Below, one piece after another: positions 45,638-55,291 of a stretch of DNA of 64,000 nucleotides. Each line of letters opens with the position of its first letter. Position 1 is the first letter of the stretch. Source of the stretch: Bacteroidales bacterium (lineage in GTDB: Bacteria; Bacteroidota; Bacteroidia; Bacteroidales; WCHB1-69); assembly GCA_024686335.1 (NCBI GenBank), contig JAILCI010000018.1, positions 74,652 through 138,651 on the forward strand, in the 5' to 3' direction. Made by a program: the position numbers and the translations under genes. Below the pieces are notes generated by a model. It was given only the letters and a program-made list of their open reading frames with translations, ran no database searches and was not told the origin of the DNA.

Positions 45638-48600
45638 TTAAAATTGAGCCTTGACGGTAATATTGCCCGTATGGACGGCACGGTGTCCTTGTGAATAGCG
45701 ACCCTCATATTGTAACGCAAGCTGCAAAAAGGCATTGAGTGAAAGCTGGTATTGAAGAGACCACAGGGCATTCTGTCCGGCGGTAAGTCCCTCCAACATC
45801 ACATACGCCAACGAGGTGTTCTGCTCTACCCCACTCTTGATATGGGCATATTGAATAGAAGCTGTCACAACACCAAACTTCTTCATCCTCACATCCGCAG
45901 TGAGCGTAGCCTTATGGGCAGACATGGAAATGCTTTGATTCTGTTCATTCTTTAATTGCCACTGATAAGCTGCAGTGAAAGAATAGGCATTATTGAACTG
46001 AAGGGTTATTGAACCATCTGCTTCATGATGCACAAGGGTATAACATCGGCTACTCATAGCATCTGATGCATTGTCGGTAACCTGATGTATATAACCCGCC
46101 CTTAATCTTAGCACTGGATGGGGAGCACTCTTTAAGACAAGTTGTTGCATACTGATAGCGGTCTGCTCAAACCCGTAATAGAGCAGATTCTTCTGACGAT
46201 TTTCCCGAACCACAAAATCAAAAGCAAACTTGGATGAACTGTTATTAAAAGAGAAGGTGTTGTTGAACATCACATTTCTGTATATGAGATTAGTATCCTC
46301 CATATGGTTATGGAAAGGATTCATCTCAACCTTTCGATCCTTCAATTGGGAGCGAAACATCATCACATCGGAAAAGCGAGATAGAAATTTCTTAAAACCA
46401 ACAGGTTTATTCCAAAGATTAGCCGGCAAAAACTGAACACTTTGGGTCAATTGATTGTTGTATGTGTTAACATATTCATTACTAGTCAAATAAACCTTCA
46501 CATAATTGGCCTCATATTGGAATGCAGCCAATTCAAACTCGTCCAATTCCTCAATACCATTGCCATTGTAGTCATTCCAGACATGAGTGCCCTGTCCCGT
46601 TGCAACCTTCAAGAAAGTATAGACTTTCTGCTGCTCCATGCCACTACCGACCTCATAGTAGGTCTGCAACACAAGCGCCCTCTTGAAAAAACGACCTGTA
46701 TATTCTGCACTGCCGACAAAATAGTGCTCTGGGGAAGACTCAACAGTCTGCAACTGCTGATAACGATAGGTTCCCTGGAGGGCCAAATGATGATTCTTCC
46801 ACTTGTGAACCGCAAAGGAGGCTTTCGCCTCATGAATAGAGAGATGATGACGTAAAAGGTCCGTATCCGGTGCCCACTCCAATCGATTCTTATATGAAAT
46901 TTGATACAGATAATCAGAAAGCCGAACATTATTGCGGACATAAGCCTCTATCTCATTGAATGCAAAACTGTTGGCTCGAAGAGTGTCAGCCAAGGCATCG
47001 TGAAAAAGGTTATGCTCTAACAAATGACGGACTCCAATTTCGACCTTCTCAAAAGAATATGATAATTGATTATTAGAAGTCCAATAATGGGTATTCTGCA
47101 ACGAGTCCCTAGTATTCAAAAAACTGGTACGTGTATTAAAACGAAGACCTTTCCAATGATTTGAAGAGAATAGTTCCTGGCGCAAGGCAAACACATCATG
47201 AAGACGCGAAAACCAATTGAGAGTATATTGAGTACTACTGATCGAAGACTTCTGTAACAGCAATTGAGCCTTAAGCATCTGTTCGGAATGGAGTGTGGAA
47301 TAATCCTCCGATAAATTATAATTACGGGCAAACTCAACATCCCGAAAACTCTCAATAGCATGGAAGTTTTTATGGACAAACTGCCACTCCACCTCGGACT
47401 GTAGGCACCATGCAAGGGAATCTGGCAACTTCTTTTGCAACGGCTGTATCTGCTTCACCCCTATATGATAGGCAAAGCCCGTGTTATCTTTGTCATCCTC
47501 TTTGGAGAAAAGATTCTGGTCATAATGGGAAAGGGCAATCTCGTTTTGGAGAGAAAACCGTGGAGTGAACTGATGCTTCGATGCGATAGTCAACATTTGA
47601 GCCAATTTAGGTGTGGTCAATAATTGAACAGGATCATAGTCTCCTTGAGGCTGACCACCCTTAGGCGCTACCCACTCGAAAATACGCCCATTGGTAGTCG
47701 AACTCAATAGTCTGTATGATCCTTTGTGTGCACCAACATAAGAGAAAGCAGGTGAATAATGAGTTACAGAAGGATCTGTAGTATAGACAAAAACATTTTC
47801 ATATAGTTCTCCGTTTACCAAGGTGTCAATGCGAGAATATAGGACACGGTCAGGCGAAAAAGCGACTGTGTCATCATTTCTATACCCCGCCGAAGTGATA
47901 TCTCCAAGTTGGGATAGAAAGAATTTCTGATCATTCGTCAACTCTGGTTGAATGGACTGATTCTTGAGATCTTGAGCTTGATAAAAATTGACATGGAGGA
48001 AATGCTTATTGCTGATTGACAAATCGTTATAGGAATACAAAGCATAGCGGGCGTAGTTTCGGTCAGAGTATTCAAACTCTACAACCACGCGCTTCTCCGC
48101 GACCATCAGCATCGCTGGGGTAAACGTCAATTCTGCAGTATTATAGTCGATAGTATAGTCATGATCCTGACCACGAGTGAGCAGTTTGCCGTCCACATAG
48201 ACACGTTCCGAACCGGCAATAATGACAATGCCCAACTCTCCTTGTGCACCAGTCAACTTATAGGGACCCTGCACTCCATTGGCAGGAGTTATCGTCTGCC
48301 TGACAAAACGGCCTTTAGCCACACCACCTCCTAACGAGTTGGAGATAACATACTTGTCTTTGGCTTTAGTCAGAACTGCGCCATCCATACCCAACAGATT
48401 TCCAGTCGCAAAAAGAAAGTAACTTTTCGGTTTAGGAAGTTCTATATCACCTGCTGAAACTTGTGCTATATCCTTATACAATAATTTAATATATACATTA
48501 TTAAAATTGTTTATATTTTGAGTGCTCCCATCCGGTTGGATAGGCACATTTTTATCGGATATTACGGCTTGTAGTTGAAGGTCATCAGTAAGATAACCAA

Positions 48601-49075
48601 ACAGTTGCAAATTCAAAGAAGAGTTCAGCACCAAATCCTGACTGTTACCTACAGAGACTCCACGTGATATGGACCCCGAGCTCAGCATCTGATGGTCAGA
48701 CTGTTGCTCCGGATATAGATTCTGCATATTGGAGGAGACCACATAGACAGAACTGGGACTTTCGATTAGGGAAATTGGTTTGTGGGCAATAGGTTTAGAG
48801 AAATCTGACTTATATGTCCTATATTGAAACGAGAGTGTTTTTCCGAGCAATGATGAATCCTTGAGATAAAGAGTTGAAATGATAGGATCAAGAGTATACT
48901 GTGAGGGTGAGAGGTTGGAGATATGAAAGGTTTCCGGAACAATTGAAAGGGTATCGATGCGGAGAGAGAGGGAATCGACCACAATGTGTCCAACACGCAA
49001 CGGCCCCTCGGTCTGAGCTGAGAGGCTGCTGGCTGTTAGTATGATGATGATTAGCAGTCGTATATAACCCTTCAT
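45638..49075 (-). CDS. Large (1145 aa) secreted protein of unknown function, probably an outer-membrane beta-barrel
   Basis: It has a signal peptide (LTASSLSAQ) and a long alternating-hydrophobic sequence. The C-terminus ends ...GNITVKAQF with a terminal Phe, typical of OMP beta-signals. I do not recognise a family. Confidence 0.6.
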   Translation of the reverse strand: MKGYIRLLIIIILTASSLSAQTEGPLRVGHIVVDSLSLRIDTLSIVPETFHISNLSPSQYTLDPIISTLYLKDSSLLGKTLSFQYRTYKSDFSKPIAHKPISLIESPSSVYVVSSNMQNLYPEQQSDHQMLSSGSISRGVSVGNSQDLVLNSSLNLQLFGYLTDDLQLQAVISDKNVPIQPDGSTQNINNFNNVYIKLLYKDIAQVSAGDIELPKPKSYFLFATGNLLGMDGAVLTKAKDKYVISNSLGGGVAKGRFVRQTITPANGVQGPYKLTGAQGELGIVIIAGSERVYVDGKLLTRGQDHDYTIDYNTAELTFTPAMLMVAEKRVVVEFEYSDRNYARYALYSYNDLSISNKHFLHVNFYQAQDLKNQSIQPELTNDQKFFLSQLGDITSAGYRNDDTVAFSPDRVLYSRIDTLVNGELYENVFVYTTDPSVTHYSPAFSYVGAHKGSYRLLSSTTNGRIFEWVAPKGGQPQGDYDPVQLLTTPKLAQMLTIASKHQFTPRFSLQNEIALSHYDQNLFSKEDDKDNTGFAYHIGVKQIQPLQKKLPDSLAWCLQSEVEWQFVHKNFHAIESFRDVEFARNYNLSEDYSTLHSEQMLKAQLLLQKSSISSTQYTLNWFSRLHDVFALRQELFSSNHWKGLRFNTRTSFLNTRDSLQNTHYWTSNNQLSYSFEKVEIGVRHLLEHNLFHDALADTLRANSFAFNEIEAYVRNNVRLSDYLYQISYKNRLEWAPDTDLLRHHLSIHEAKASFAVHKWKNHHLALQGTYRYQQLQTVESSPEHYFVGSAEYTGRFFKRALVLQTYYEVGSGMEQQKVYTFLKVATGQGTHVWNDYNGNGIEELDEFELAAFQYEANYVKVYLTSNEYVNTYNNQLTQSVQFLPANLWNKPVGFKKFLSRFSDVMMFRSQLKDRKVEMNPFHNHMEDTNLIYRNVMFNNTFSFNNSSSKFAFDFVVRENRQKNLLYYGFEQTAISMQQLVLKSAPHPVLRLRAGYIHQVTDNASDAMSSRCYTLVHHEADGSITLQFNNAYSFTAAYQWQLKNEQNQSISMSAHKATLTADVRMKKFGVVTASIQYAHIKSGVEQNTSLAYVMLEGLTAGQNALWSLQYQLSLNAFLQLALQYEGRYSQGHRAVHTGNITVKAQF

Positions 49076-49140
49076 TCGCTGACGATAATGAGCTTACAAA
49101 GAAACTATTTTTTTTTATAACTTGATTTGGGCAATTTTCG

Positions 49141-49148
49141 TATTTTTG
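49141..49148 (+). promoter_or_regulatory. Bacteroidota-type -7 promoter box for the transketolase-C / ECF sigma operon
   Basis: TATTTTTGCA, about 30 nt upstream of the ATG at 49179. It lies inside the track ORF's N-terminal extension. Confidence 0.55.
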
Positions 49149-49178
49149 CATTTTATTTTTCAGCAAAATATTACCAGC

Positions 49179-50132
49179 ATGGAAAAAATAGAAAGTACAA
49201 CTAAGAAAGACACCCGTTCCGGATTTGGCGATGGCCTTGTGGAAGCGGGCAGACGCAACCCTAACGTATTTGCACTCACTGCAGATGTGACTGGCAGTGT
49301 TAAGATGGGGGATTTCAAATCAGAATTCCCAGACAGATTCATCCAGGTAGGTATTGCCGAAGCCAACATGGTCGGCATGGCTGCCGGTCTGGCCCTCAGC
49401 GGCAAGGTTCCCTTTGCCAGCACCTTCGCCAGTTTCATGACGGGTCGTGTTTACGATCAGATCCGCATGACCGTGGCCTACTCCAACCTCAATGTAAAGA
49501 TCTGTTCTTCTCACTCCGGCATCACGGTCGGTGAGGATGGCGCCACCCACCAGATGATGGAGGACTTAGGATTGATGAAGATGCTGCCCAACATGGTGGT
49601 CATCAACCCTTGCGACTACAATCAGACCAAAATGGCCACGATTGCTGCCGCAGAGTACAATGGACCTGTCTATCTTCGTTTCGGACGTCCTTCAATGCCA
49701 GTATTCACTCCTGAGGACCAGCCTTTTGTCATTGGCAAGGCCATCACGATGAATGAGGGAACGGATGTTACCATCATCGCCACCGGCCACCTCGTATATC
49801 CTGCTCTACAGGCTGCCTACACTCTCTCCGAGCAAGGTTTCTCCGCAGAGGTCATCGACATGGCCACCATCAAACCTCTAGACGAAGAGGCTGTCATCAA
49901 CAGTCTCCAGAAAACTCGTTGTTGTGTCGTAGCTGAAGAACATCTCATGAACGGCGGTCTGGGTGACTCCATCTGCCAACTCTTGTGTCGAAAGCTCCCC
50001 ACCCCAGTAGAGATGGTGGCTTTAGACGACAAATTTGGCGAGAGTGGCACCCCTGCCGAATTGATGACAGAATATCATCTGGACGAGGAGCATATCGTCG
50101 AGGCCTGCAAAAGAGTAATTGTACGCAAATAA
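49179..50132 (+). CDS. Transketolase, C-terminal subunit (pyrimidine-binding plus C-terminal domains)
   Basis: 317 aa from ATG 49179 (MEKIESTTKKDTRSGFGDGL...). FIQVGIAEANMVGMAAGLA and GEDGATHQ are typical of the split-transketolase B subunit. Confidence 0.85.
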   Translation: MEKIESTTKKDTRSGFGDGLVEAGRRNPNVFALTADVTGSVKMGDFKSEFPDRFIQVGIAEANMVGMAAGLALSGKVPFASTFASFMTGRVYDQIRMTVAYSNLNVKICSSHSGITVGEDGATHQMMEDLGLMKMLPNMVVINPCDYNQTKMATIAAAEYNGPVYLRFGRPSMPVFTPEDQPFVIGKAITMNEGTDVTIIATGHLVYPALQAAYTLSEQGFSAEVIDMATIKPLDEEAVINSLQKTRCCVVAEEHLMNGGLGDSICQLLCRKLPTPVEMVALDDKFGESGTPAELMTEYHLDEEHIVEACKRVIVRK

Positions 50133-50138
50133 CATACA

Positions 50139-50696
50139 ATGGCAGCAATCTCCGACGAATATATCCTGCAGCTGTTCGCCAATAAGAAAACCAAAGAGGA
50201 GGCGTTCAAACTTTTTTTGAATAAATACCAACGCTTCATCTACTACAATGCGCGACGCATCGTCATCAGTCACGAGGACGCTAATGACGTCGTTCAAAAT
50301 GTATGTATCAAGATTTGGCGCAACCTGGAAAACTTCCGGGGCGACTCCGCATTGAAGACTTGGATATCGCGCATCTGCACCAATGAAGCTCTGACATTTA
50401 TCGAGAAGAAGAAAAAACTGCTGAACCTCGACGACGACAACTACACAAACTTCATGGTTGTAACACAAGCTGAGACAAACTTCATCTCACCGTCGGAAAT
50501 CGAGAATCTATTACAGGAATCCATCATTAAACTCCCGCCAAAACAGCGCGCCGTCTTCACGATGCGCTATTATGAAGAGACCCCCTACTCCGAAATGGCA
50601 GAAATTTTCGGCACTTCAGAAAGTGCTCTGAAGGCCTCCTACCATTTCGCCGTAGAAAAAATCAAAAAAAATATTTCAGAGCATTTAACCTTTTAA
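50139..50696 (+). CDS. ECF-subfamily RNA polymerase sigma-70 factor
   Basis: 185 aa with region 2 (DANDVVQNVCIKIW...) and region 4 (LPPKQRAVFTMRYYEETPYSEMAEIFGTSESALKASY). It starts 6 nt after the transketolase gene. Confidence 0.85.
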   Translation: MAAISDEYILQLFANKKTKEEAFKLFLNKYQRFIYYNARRIVISHEDANDVVQNVCIKIWRNLENFRGDSALKTWISRICTNEALTFIEKKKKLLNLDDDNYTNFMVVTQAETNFISPSEIENLLQESIIKLPPKQRAVFTMRYYEETPYSEMAEIFGTSESALKASYHFAVEKIKKNISEHLTF

Positions 50697-50735
50697 AAGT
50701 TCTCTAGTCATATAAATGTTTTTTTCGCAATTATT

Positions 50736-51050
50736 ATGTTAGACTTAGATCAACTCAGCAAGGAAGAGCGGTACAATATCCCCGAAGGATACTTTGAAAA
50801 TTTGACCGACAACATCATGGACAACATCCACAAAGAGGAACGCAGAAGACGCAATGTCTGGATGAGTTCCATTGCAGCAGTATGTCTGGTAGTAATCAGT
50901 TCCGTTCTATTTATCACCATCAACAATAACAACAAACAAAAAGAAGCAGGTACGTTGGTAGAAACTCCAGTACCTGAAAACAAAATTGATGAGCAGATGA
51001 TCGAGTACTATAGCGCGGAATTAACAGAGATAGATTATTATAACTTTTAA
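50736..51050 (+). CDS. Putative anti-sigma factor (single-pass membrane protein)
   Basis: 104 aa with one central TM (WMSSIAAVCLVVISSVLFI). It lies directly downstream of the ECF sigma. The call is positional only. Confidence 0.45.
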   Translation: MLDLDQLSKEERYNIPEGYFENLTDNIMDNIHKEERRRRNVWMSSIAAVCLVVISSVLFITINNNNKQKEAGTLVETPVPENKIDEQMIEYYSAELTEIDYYNF

Positions 51051-51062
51051 AAACACGATACA

Positions 51063-51581
51063 ATGAAAAAGATTTTGTTAGCCCTGACTATGATTTTATG
51101 CGGCGTTTGGGCCGTAAATGCGCAATCTCCCGTTCCTGATAAAGAACAAATGGTTAAATCCAGAGTCACCTTCATGAAAGAGCATCTAAAGCTTAATCCG
51201 ACTGAGGCCAAGACTTTCTGGGCAGAATATGAGAAGTATATCCGTAGCGAGATTAATTATCACGATACTTTCCGCAAAAGTCTAGAAAGCAAGAAAATCA
51301 AATACGATTTTCGCAACAAGGAAAGTATTGAGAACGTTCCTTCCGATATGATTTCCTATATGATGGACCAGAAGATGGAACTCAAGAAGAATTTAAACAC
51401 TTTGGAGAGCAACTTCTACAAGAAAATAAAAGCGATACTCACTCCACGGCATTTGTTTGATTTTTACAACTATGAAGAACAATTCAAACGCAATGTCGTC
51501 TCGAAAAGCAAATCTGCGGCAGCGACACAAAAGAGCACACAAAGTTCGAGTGTTCCAGCGCAAAGCAAGCCTAAGAGATAA
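51063..51581 (+). CDS. Periplasmic helical protein, possibly Spy/CpxP (LTxxQ)-like
   Basis: 172 aa with a signal peptide. It has the LTxxQ-like segments LNPTEAKTFW and LTPRHLFDFY and a Ser/Lys-rich tail. It is the third gene of the sigma module. Confidence 0.4.
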   Translation: MKKILLALTMILCGVWAVNAQSPVPDKEQMVKSRVTFMKEHLKLNPTEAKTFWAEYEKYIRSEINYHDTFRKSLESKKIKYDFRNKESIENVPSDMISYMMDQKMELKKNLNTLESNFYKKIKAILTPRHLFDFYNYEEQFKRNVVSKSKSAAATQKSTQSSSVPAQSKPKR

Positions 51582-51588
51582 CCAAACT

Positions 51589-51621
51589 GAAGGACGGCAA
51601 ACAAGCCGCCCTTCTTTTTTT
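51589..51621 (+). terminator. Rho-independent terminator of the ECF module
   Basis: Stem GAAGGACGGC / GCCGCCCTTC (one mismatch), a 6-nt loop, and a T7 tract. Confidence 0.75.
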
Positions 51622-51740
51622 ATGCAGTTGACAGAAAAGATGAAATCCCTGGAAACACCACTCTGAACTAGAAAAAACCGACATTTCAGAGTTTGTGGAA
51701 AAATTTTAAAAACGACTGCAATATTGAAAAGAAAAAAATG

Positions 51741-51748
51741 TATTTTTG
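51741..51748 (+). promoter_or_regulatory. Bacteroidota-type -7 promoter box for rpsL-rpsG-fusA-rpsJ
   Basis: TATTTTTG within AAAAAATGTATTTTTGC, about 61 nt upstream of the rpsL ATG. Confidence 0.6.
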
Positions 51749-51809
51749 CACGCCCAAAAATTTGGGTCTAAATCAATTAAAATTAAAAGTTTAACAAAGT
51801 AAAAATTGT

Positions 51810-52190
51810 ATGCCTACTATTCAACAATTAGTAAGAAAAGGAAGAAAGAAACTTACTTCACAAAGTAAGTCCAAGGCATTGGATGCCTGTCCGCAGCGTC
51901 GCGGCGTTTGTTTGAGGGTTTACACTACAACCCCGAAAAAACCGAATTCAGCCATGCGTAAAGTGGCGAGAGTAAGAATGACCAATGGTAAGGAAGTGAA
52001 CGCCTACATCGGAGGCGAAGGTCACAACTTGCAAGAGCACAGCATCGTGTTAGTACGCGGCGGTCGTGTTAAAGACCTCCCCGGTGTAAGATATCACGTT
52101 GTGCGCGGTGCATTGGACTCCGCTGGCGTTGACGGCCGTCACCAAGGTCGCTCCAAATATGGTGCCAAGAGACCTAAAGCAGCTAAATAA
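51810..52190 (+). CDS. rpsL: 30S ribosomal protein S12
   Basis: 126 aa. [31 protein letters not shown] and [13 protein letters not shown] are canonical S12 motifs. Confidence 0.92.
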   Translation: MPTIQQLVRKGRKKLTSQSKSKALDACPQRRGVCLRVYTTTPKKPNSAMRKVARVRMTNGKEVNAYIGGEGHNLQEHSIVLVRGGRVKDLPGVRYHVVRGALDSAGVDGRHQGRSKYGAKRPKAAK

Positions 52191-52270
52191 TAACTGGCAC
52201 CAGAAACAGTAAATTGAACGCCGTGATTGGTGATTCAAGAGTAAATAACAATTATTGAAGATACAAAGTT

Positions 52271-52738
52271 ATGAGAAATTCACATGCAAAGAAAAGGATC
52301 ATTCTTCCGGATCCAAAATTCAATGACGAACAAGTAACAAAGTTCGTGAATAATATTATGTTGAAAGGAAAGAAGAATCTCGCATTCGAGATCTTCTACA
52401 AAGCCATCGACATCGTAGAAGAGAAGACCAAAGAGAACGGTCTTGAAGTATGGAAAAAAGCTTTGGAGAACGTTACTCCTAGCGTAGAGGTAAAGAGCAA
52501 GCGCGTCGGTGGTACCACGTTGCCTGTCCCTGAGGAAATCAAACCGGGCAGAAAGCAATCAGTAGGTATGAAGAACTTAATATCCTTCGCACGTAAACGC
52601 CACGAGCAGACCATGGCCGACAAACTGGCTCAGGAAATCATGGCAGCTTACAAGAGCGAGGGTGCCGCTTTCAAGAAGAAAGAGGAAATCCACAGAATGG
52701 CAGAAGCCAACAAGGCATTCGCTCACATGCGTATGTAA
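52271..52738 (+). CDS. rpsG: 30S ribosomal protein S7
   Basis: 155 aa. [23 protein letters not shown] and [11 protein letters not shown] are canonical S7 motifs. Confidence 0.9.
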   Translation: MRNSHAKKRIILPDPKFNDEQVTKFVNNIMLKGKKNLAFEIFYKAIDIVEEKTKENGLEVWKKALENVTPSVEVKSKRVGGTTLPVPEEIKPGRKQSVGMKNLISFARKRHEQTMADKLAQEIMAAYKSEGAAFKKKEEIHRMAEANKAFAHMRM

Positions 52739-52786
52739 TCACCTATTCTCTGCCTTTCATTTACGACCGTATTTAAGAGAATCATC

Positions 52787-54880
52787 ATGTCACAAGAGTT
52801 GGAACATATTCGCAACATTGGGATTATGGCTCACATCGACGCCGGTAAAACGACGACGACGGAGCGTATTCTCTATTATACGGGCAAGAATTACAAGATC
52901 GGAGAGGTTGACGAAGGTACTGCAACTATGGACTGGATGGTCCAGGAACAGGAGCGCGGCATCACCATTACCAGTGCTGCCACGACCGTCTTCTGGAAAC
53001 ATAACCAGGACGAGTTCAAGATCAACATCATTGACACACCGGGACACGTAGACTTCACCGTGGAAGTGGAGCGCTCCCTCCGCATTCTGGACGGAGCTGT
53101 CGCTATCTTTTGCGCAGTCGGCGGCGTCGAGGCTCAGTCTGAAACTGTATGGCATCAAGCCAACAAGTATGATGTTGCCCGTATCTGCTACGTCAACAAG
53201 ATGGACCGTGCTGGCGCCAACTTCCAGGCTGTTGTAAAACAGATCAAGGAGCGCCTGCACGCCAACCCACTGCCTCTGCAATTGCCTATCGGAGCCGAGA
53301 ACGACTTCGTCGGCATCGTCGATCTCATCGAAATGAAAGCTTACCAATGGGAAGAGGACACCCTGGGCGCCACCTATGACGAGGTACCCATTCCCGCTGA
53401 CATGGCTGAGGAGGCACAACAGTGCCGCACCAACATTCTGGAAGCCCTCTCCGAACTGGATGAAGCTTTTATGGAGAAATACCTGGACGATGCAGACAGC
53501 ATCAGCCAGCAAGAGATCATCGACGCTCTCCGAGCCGCCACCATCGGCCGCAAACTCGAGCCGGTACTCTGCGGCTCCTCCTTTAAGAACAAAGGAGTTC
53601 AAAAGCTGCTCGACGCCATCGTAACGTATCTCCCCTCCCCGATGGATATGCCTGCCATCACCGGCACCAATCCTAAAAACGAGCAAGAGGAGAGCCGTCC
53701 CATGGACGTGACAGCACCATTCGCCGCACTGGCCTTCAAAATCGCCACCGACCCCTACGTGGGCAAGCTTACTTTCATCAAGGTCTACTCTGGCGAACTG
53801 AAAGCAGGCGAGACAGTCTATAACGTTTCCACAGGCAAACGCGAGCGCGCCGCCAAAATTCTCCAAATGCACTCCAACAAGCAGCAACCCCTTGACAGCG
53901 TCACCGCTGGCAACATCGTCGCTCTCGTTGGCATGAAGGAGATTCACACTGGCGACAGTCTCACCGATGATAAACACCCCATCCTTCTGGAGAACATTAC
54001 CTTCCCGGAACCAGTCATCCAAATCGCCATCGAGCCCAAAACGAAAGATGACGAGGAAAAACTGCTTCAGGCATTAGGCAAACTGGCCGACGAGGATCCA
54101 ACCTTTGTGGTCACACAAAGCGAAGAGACCGGCCAACTGCTCATCAGTGGTATGGGAGAACTTCATCTGGAGATTCTGCTCGACCGTCTGAAACGCGAGT
54201 TCGGCATCGACTGTAACCACGGCAAGCCGAGAGTCACCTACAAAGAGGCTCTCTCCGCACCGCTGCACCATGTCGCAACTTACAAACGTCAGACTGGTGG
54301 CAAAGGCTCTTACGCCAAGATCGAATTCGAATTGGCACCGGCAGGTGATGATGCTCGCGGATTGAAGCTCATCAACAAGGTCTCCAACGGAGCAATCCCG
54401 AAGGAGTACATGCCAGGGGTAGAAAAAGGATTCCAGATGGCAATGAGCAACGGCAAATGGGGCTTCCCGCTTGAGAGCATGGAGGTAACTGTGCTGGATG
54501 GCGAGGCTCATGCCGTAGACTCAGACGCCATGTCCTTTGAGGTCTGCGCCAAGATCGGTTTCCGCGACGCAATCCGCGAAACAGAAACACGCATCCTAGA
54601 GCCTATCATGAGGGTTGAAATCAATACTCCCGACGAGTACATCGGAAATGTAACCGGAGACTTGAACCGCAGAAGATCCATTCTGGAAAGCATCGACGCC
54701 AAAGTCGGTTTCCAGACCATTAAGGCAAAGGTGCCCTTGGCTGAAATGTTCGGCTATGTCACCACCTTGCGTTCCATCTCTTCCGGCCGCGCCTCCTACT
54801 CTATGGAGTTCATGGCATACACGGAAGTACCCGCCGACATCAAGGAATACATCGTAAATGAAGGTAGATTTTTACTTTAG
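52787..54880 (+). CDS. fusA: Translation elongation factor G (divergent; possibly an EF-G paralogue)
   Basis: 697 aa. The G motifs [19 protein letters not shown] and NKMD are intact, as are the [10 protein letters not shown] and LEPIM..E motifs. The domain IV tip loops are atypical (see findings). Confidence 0.9.
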   Translation: MSQELEHIRNIGIMAHIDAGKTTTTERILYYTGKNYKIGEVDEGTATMDWMVQEQERGITITSAATTVFWKHNQDEFKINIIDTPGHVDFTVEVERSLRILDGAVAIFCAVGGVEAQSETVWHQANKYDVARICYVNKMDRAGANFQAVVKQIKERLHANPLPLQLPIGAENDFVGIVDLIEMKAYQWEEDTLGATYDEVPIPADMAEEAQQCRTNILEALSELDEAFMEKYLDDADSISQQEIIDALRAATIGRKLEPVLCGSSFKNKGVQKLLDAIVTYLPSPMDMPAITGTNPKNEQEESRPMDVTAPFAALAFKIATDPYVGKLTFIKVYSGELKAGETVYNVSTGKRERAAKILQMHSNKQQPLDSVTAGNIVALVGMKEIHTGDSLTDDKHPILLENITFPEPVIQIAIEPKTKDDEEKLLQALGKLADEDPTFVVTQSEETGQLLISGMGELHLEILLDRLKREFGIDCNHGKPRVTYKEALSAPLHHVATYKRQTGGKGSYAKIEFELAPAGDDARGLKLINKVSNGAIPKEYMPGVEKGFQMAMSNGKWGFPLESMEVTVLDGEAHAVDSDAMSFEVCAKIGFRDAIRETETRILEPIMRVEINTPDEYIGNVTGDLNRRRSILESIDAKVGFQTIKAKVPLAEMFGYVTTLRSISSGRASYSMEFMAYTEVPADIKEYIVNEGRFLL

Positions 54881-54918
54881 AGATAAATAAATTAATTATT
54901 ACGTAATAAATATCAACA

Positions 54919-55233
54919 ATGAGTCACAGAATTAGAATTAAATTAAAATCCTTCGATCATACTTTGGTAGACAAATCTGCTGAAAAGATCGTTAAGACCG
55001 TAGAAGGTGTGAAAGACGACAAGGTCGTTCTCGTGGGCCCGATCCCATTGCCAACACACACCAAAATTTTCACCGTTAACCGTTCCACCTTCGTAAACAA
55101 GAAGTCAAGAGAACAGTTCCAGCTCTCCACTTACAAGAGAATCCTGGATATCTATGGAACGACCACCAAGACTATCGACGCCTTGATGAAACTGGAATTA
55201 CCCAGCGGCGTTGACGTAGAAATCAAAGTCTGA
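54919..55233 (+). CDS. rpsJ: 30S ribosomal protein S10
   Basis: 104 aa. [28 protein letters not shown] and [18 protein letters not shown] are canonical S10 motifs. Confidence 0.9.
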   Translation: MSHRIRIKLKSFDHTLVDKSAEKIVKTVEGVKDDKVVLVGPIPLPTHTKIFTVNRSTFVNKKSREQFQLSTYKRILDIYGTTTKTIDALMKLELPSGVDVEIKV

Positions 55234-55291
55234 TGACGGTGCCATAACGACTGTTAGCAAAACGACAGCGTTATAAAATCCAAAAACGAAG

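Noticed and set aside
45508-45771. 87-aa ORF spanning the end of the 1145-aa gene and the AT-rich spacer
   Set aside because: It overlaps the 3' end of a much better supported gene in another frame and extends into AT-rich promoter or terminator DNA. It has no signal or motif.
52790-54022. 410-aa ORF on the minus strand
   Set aside because: It is antisense to fusA (EF-G). It is a shadow ORF in a GC-rich, strongly codon-biased gene.
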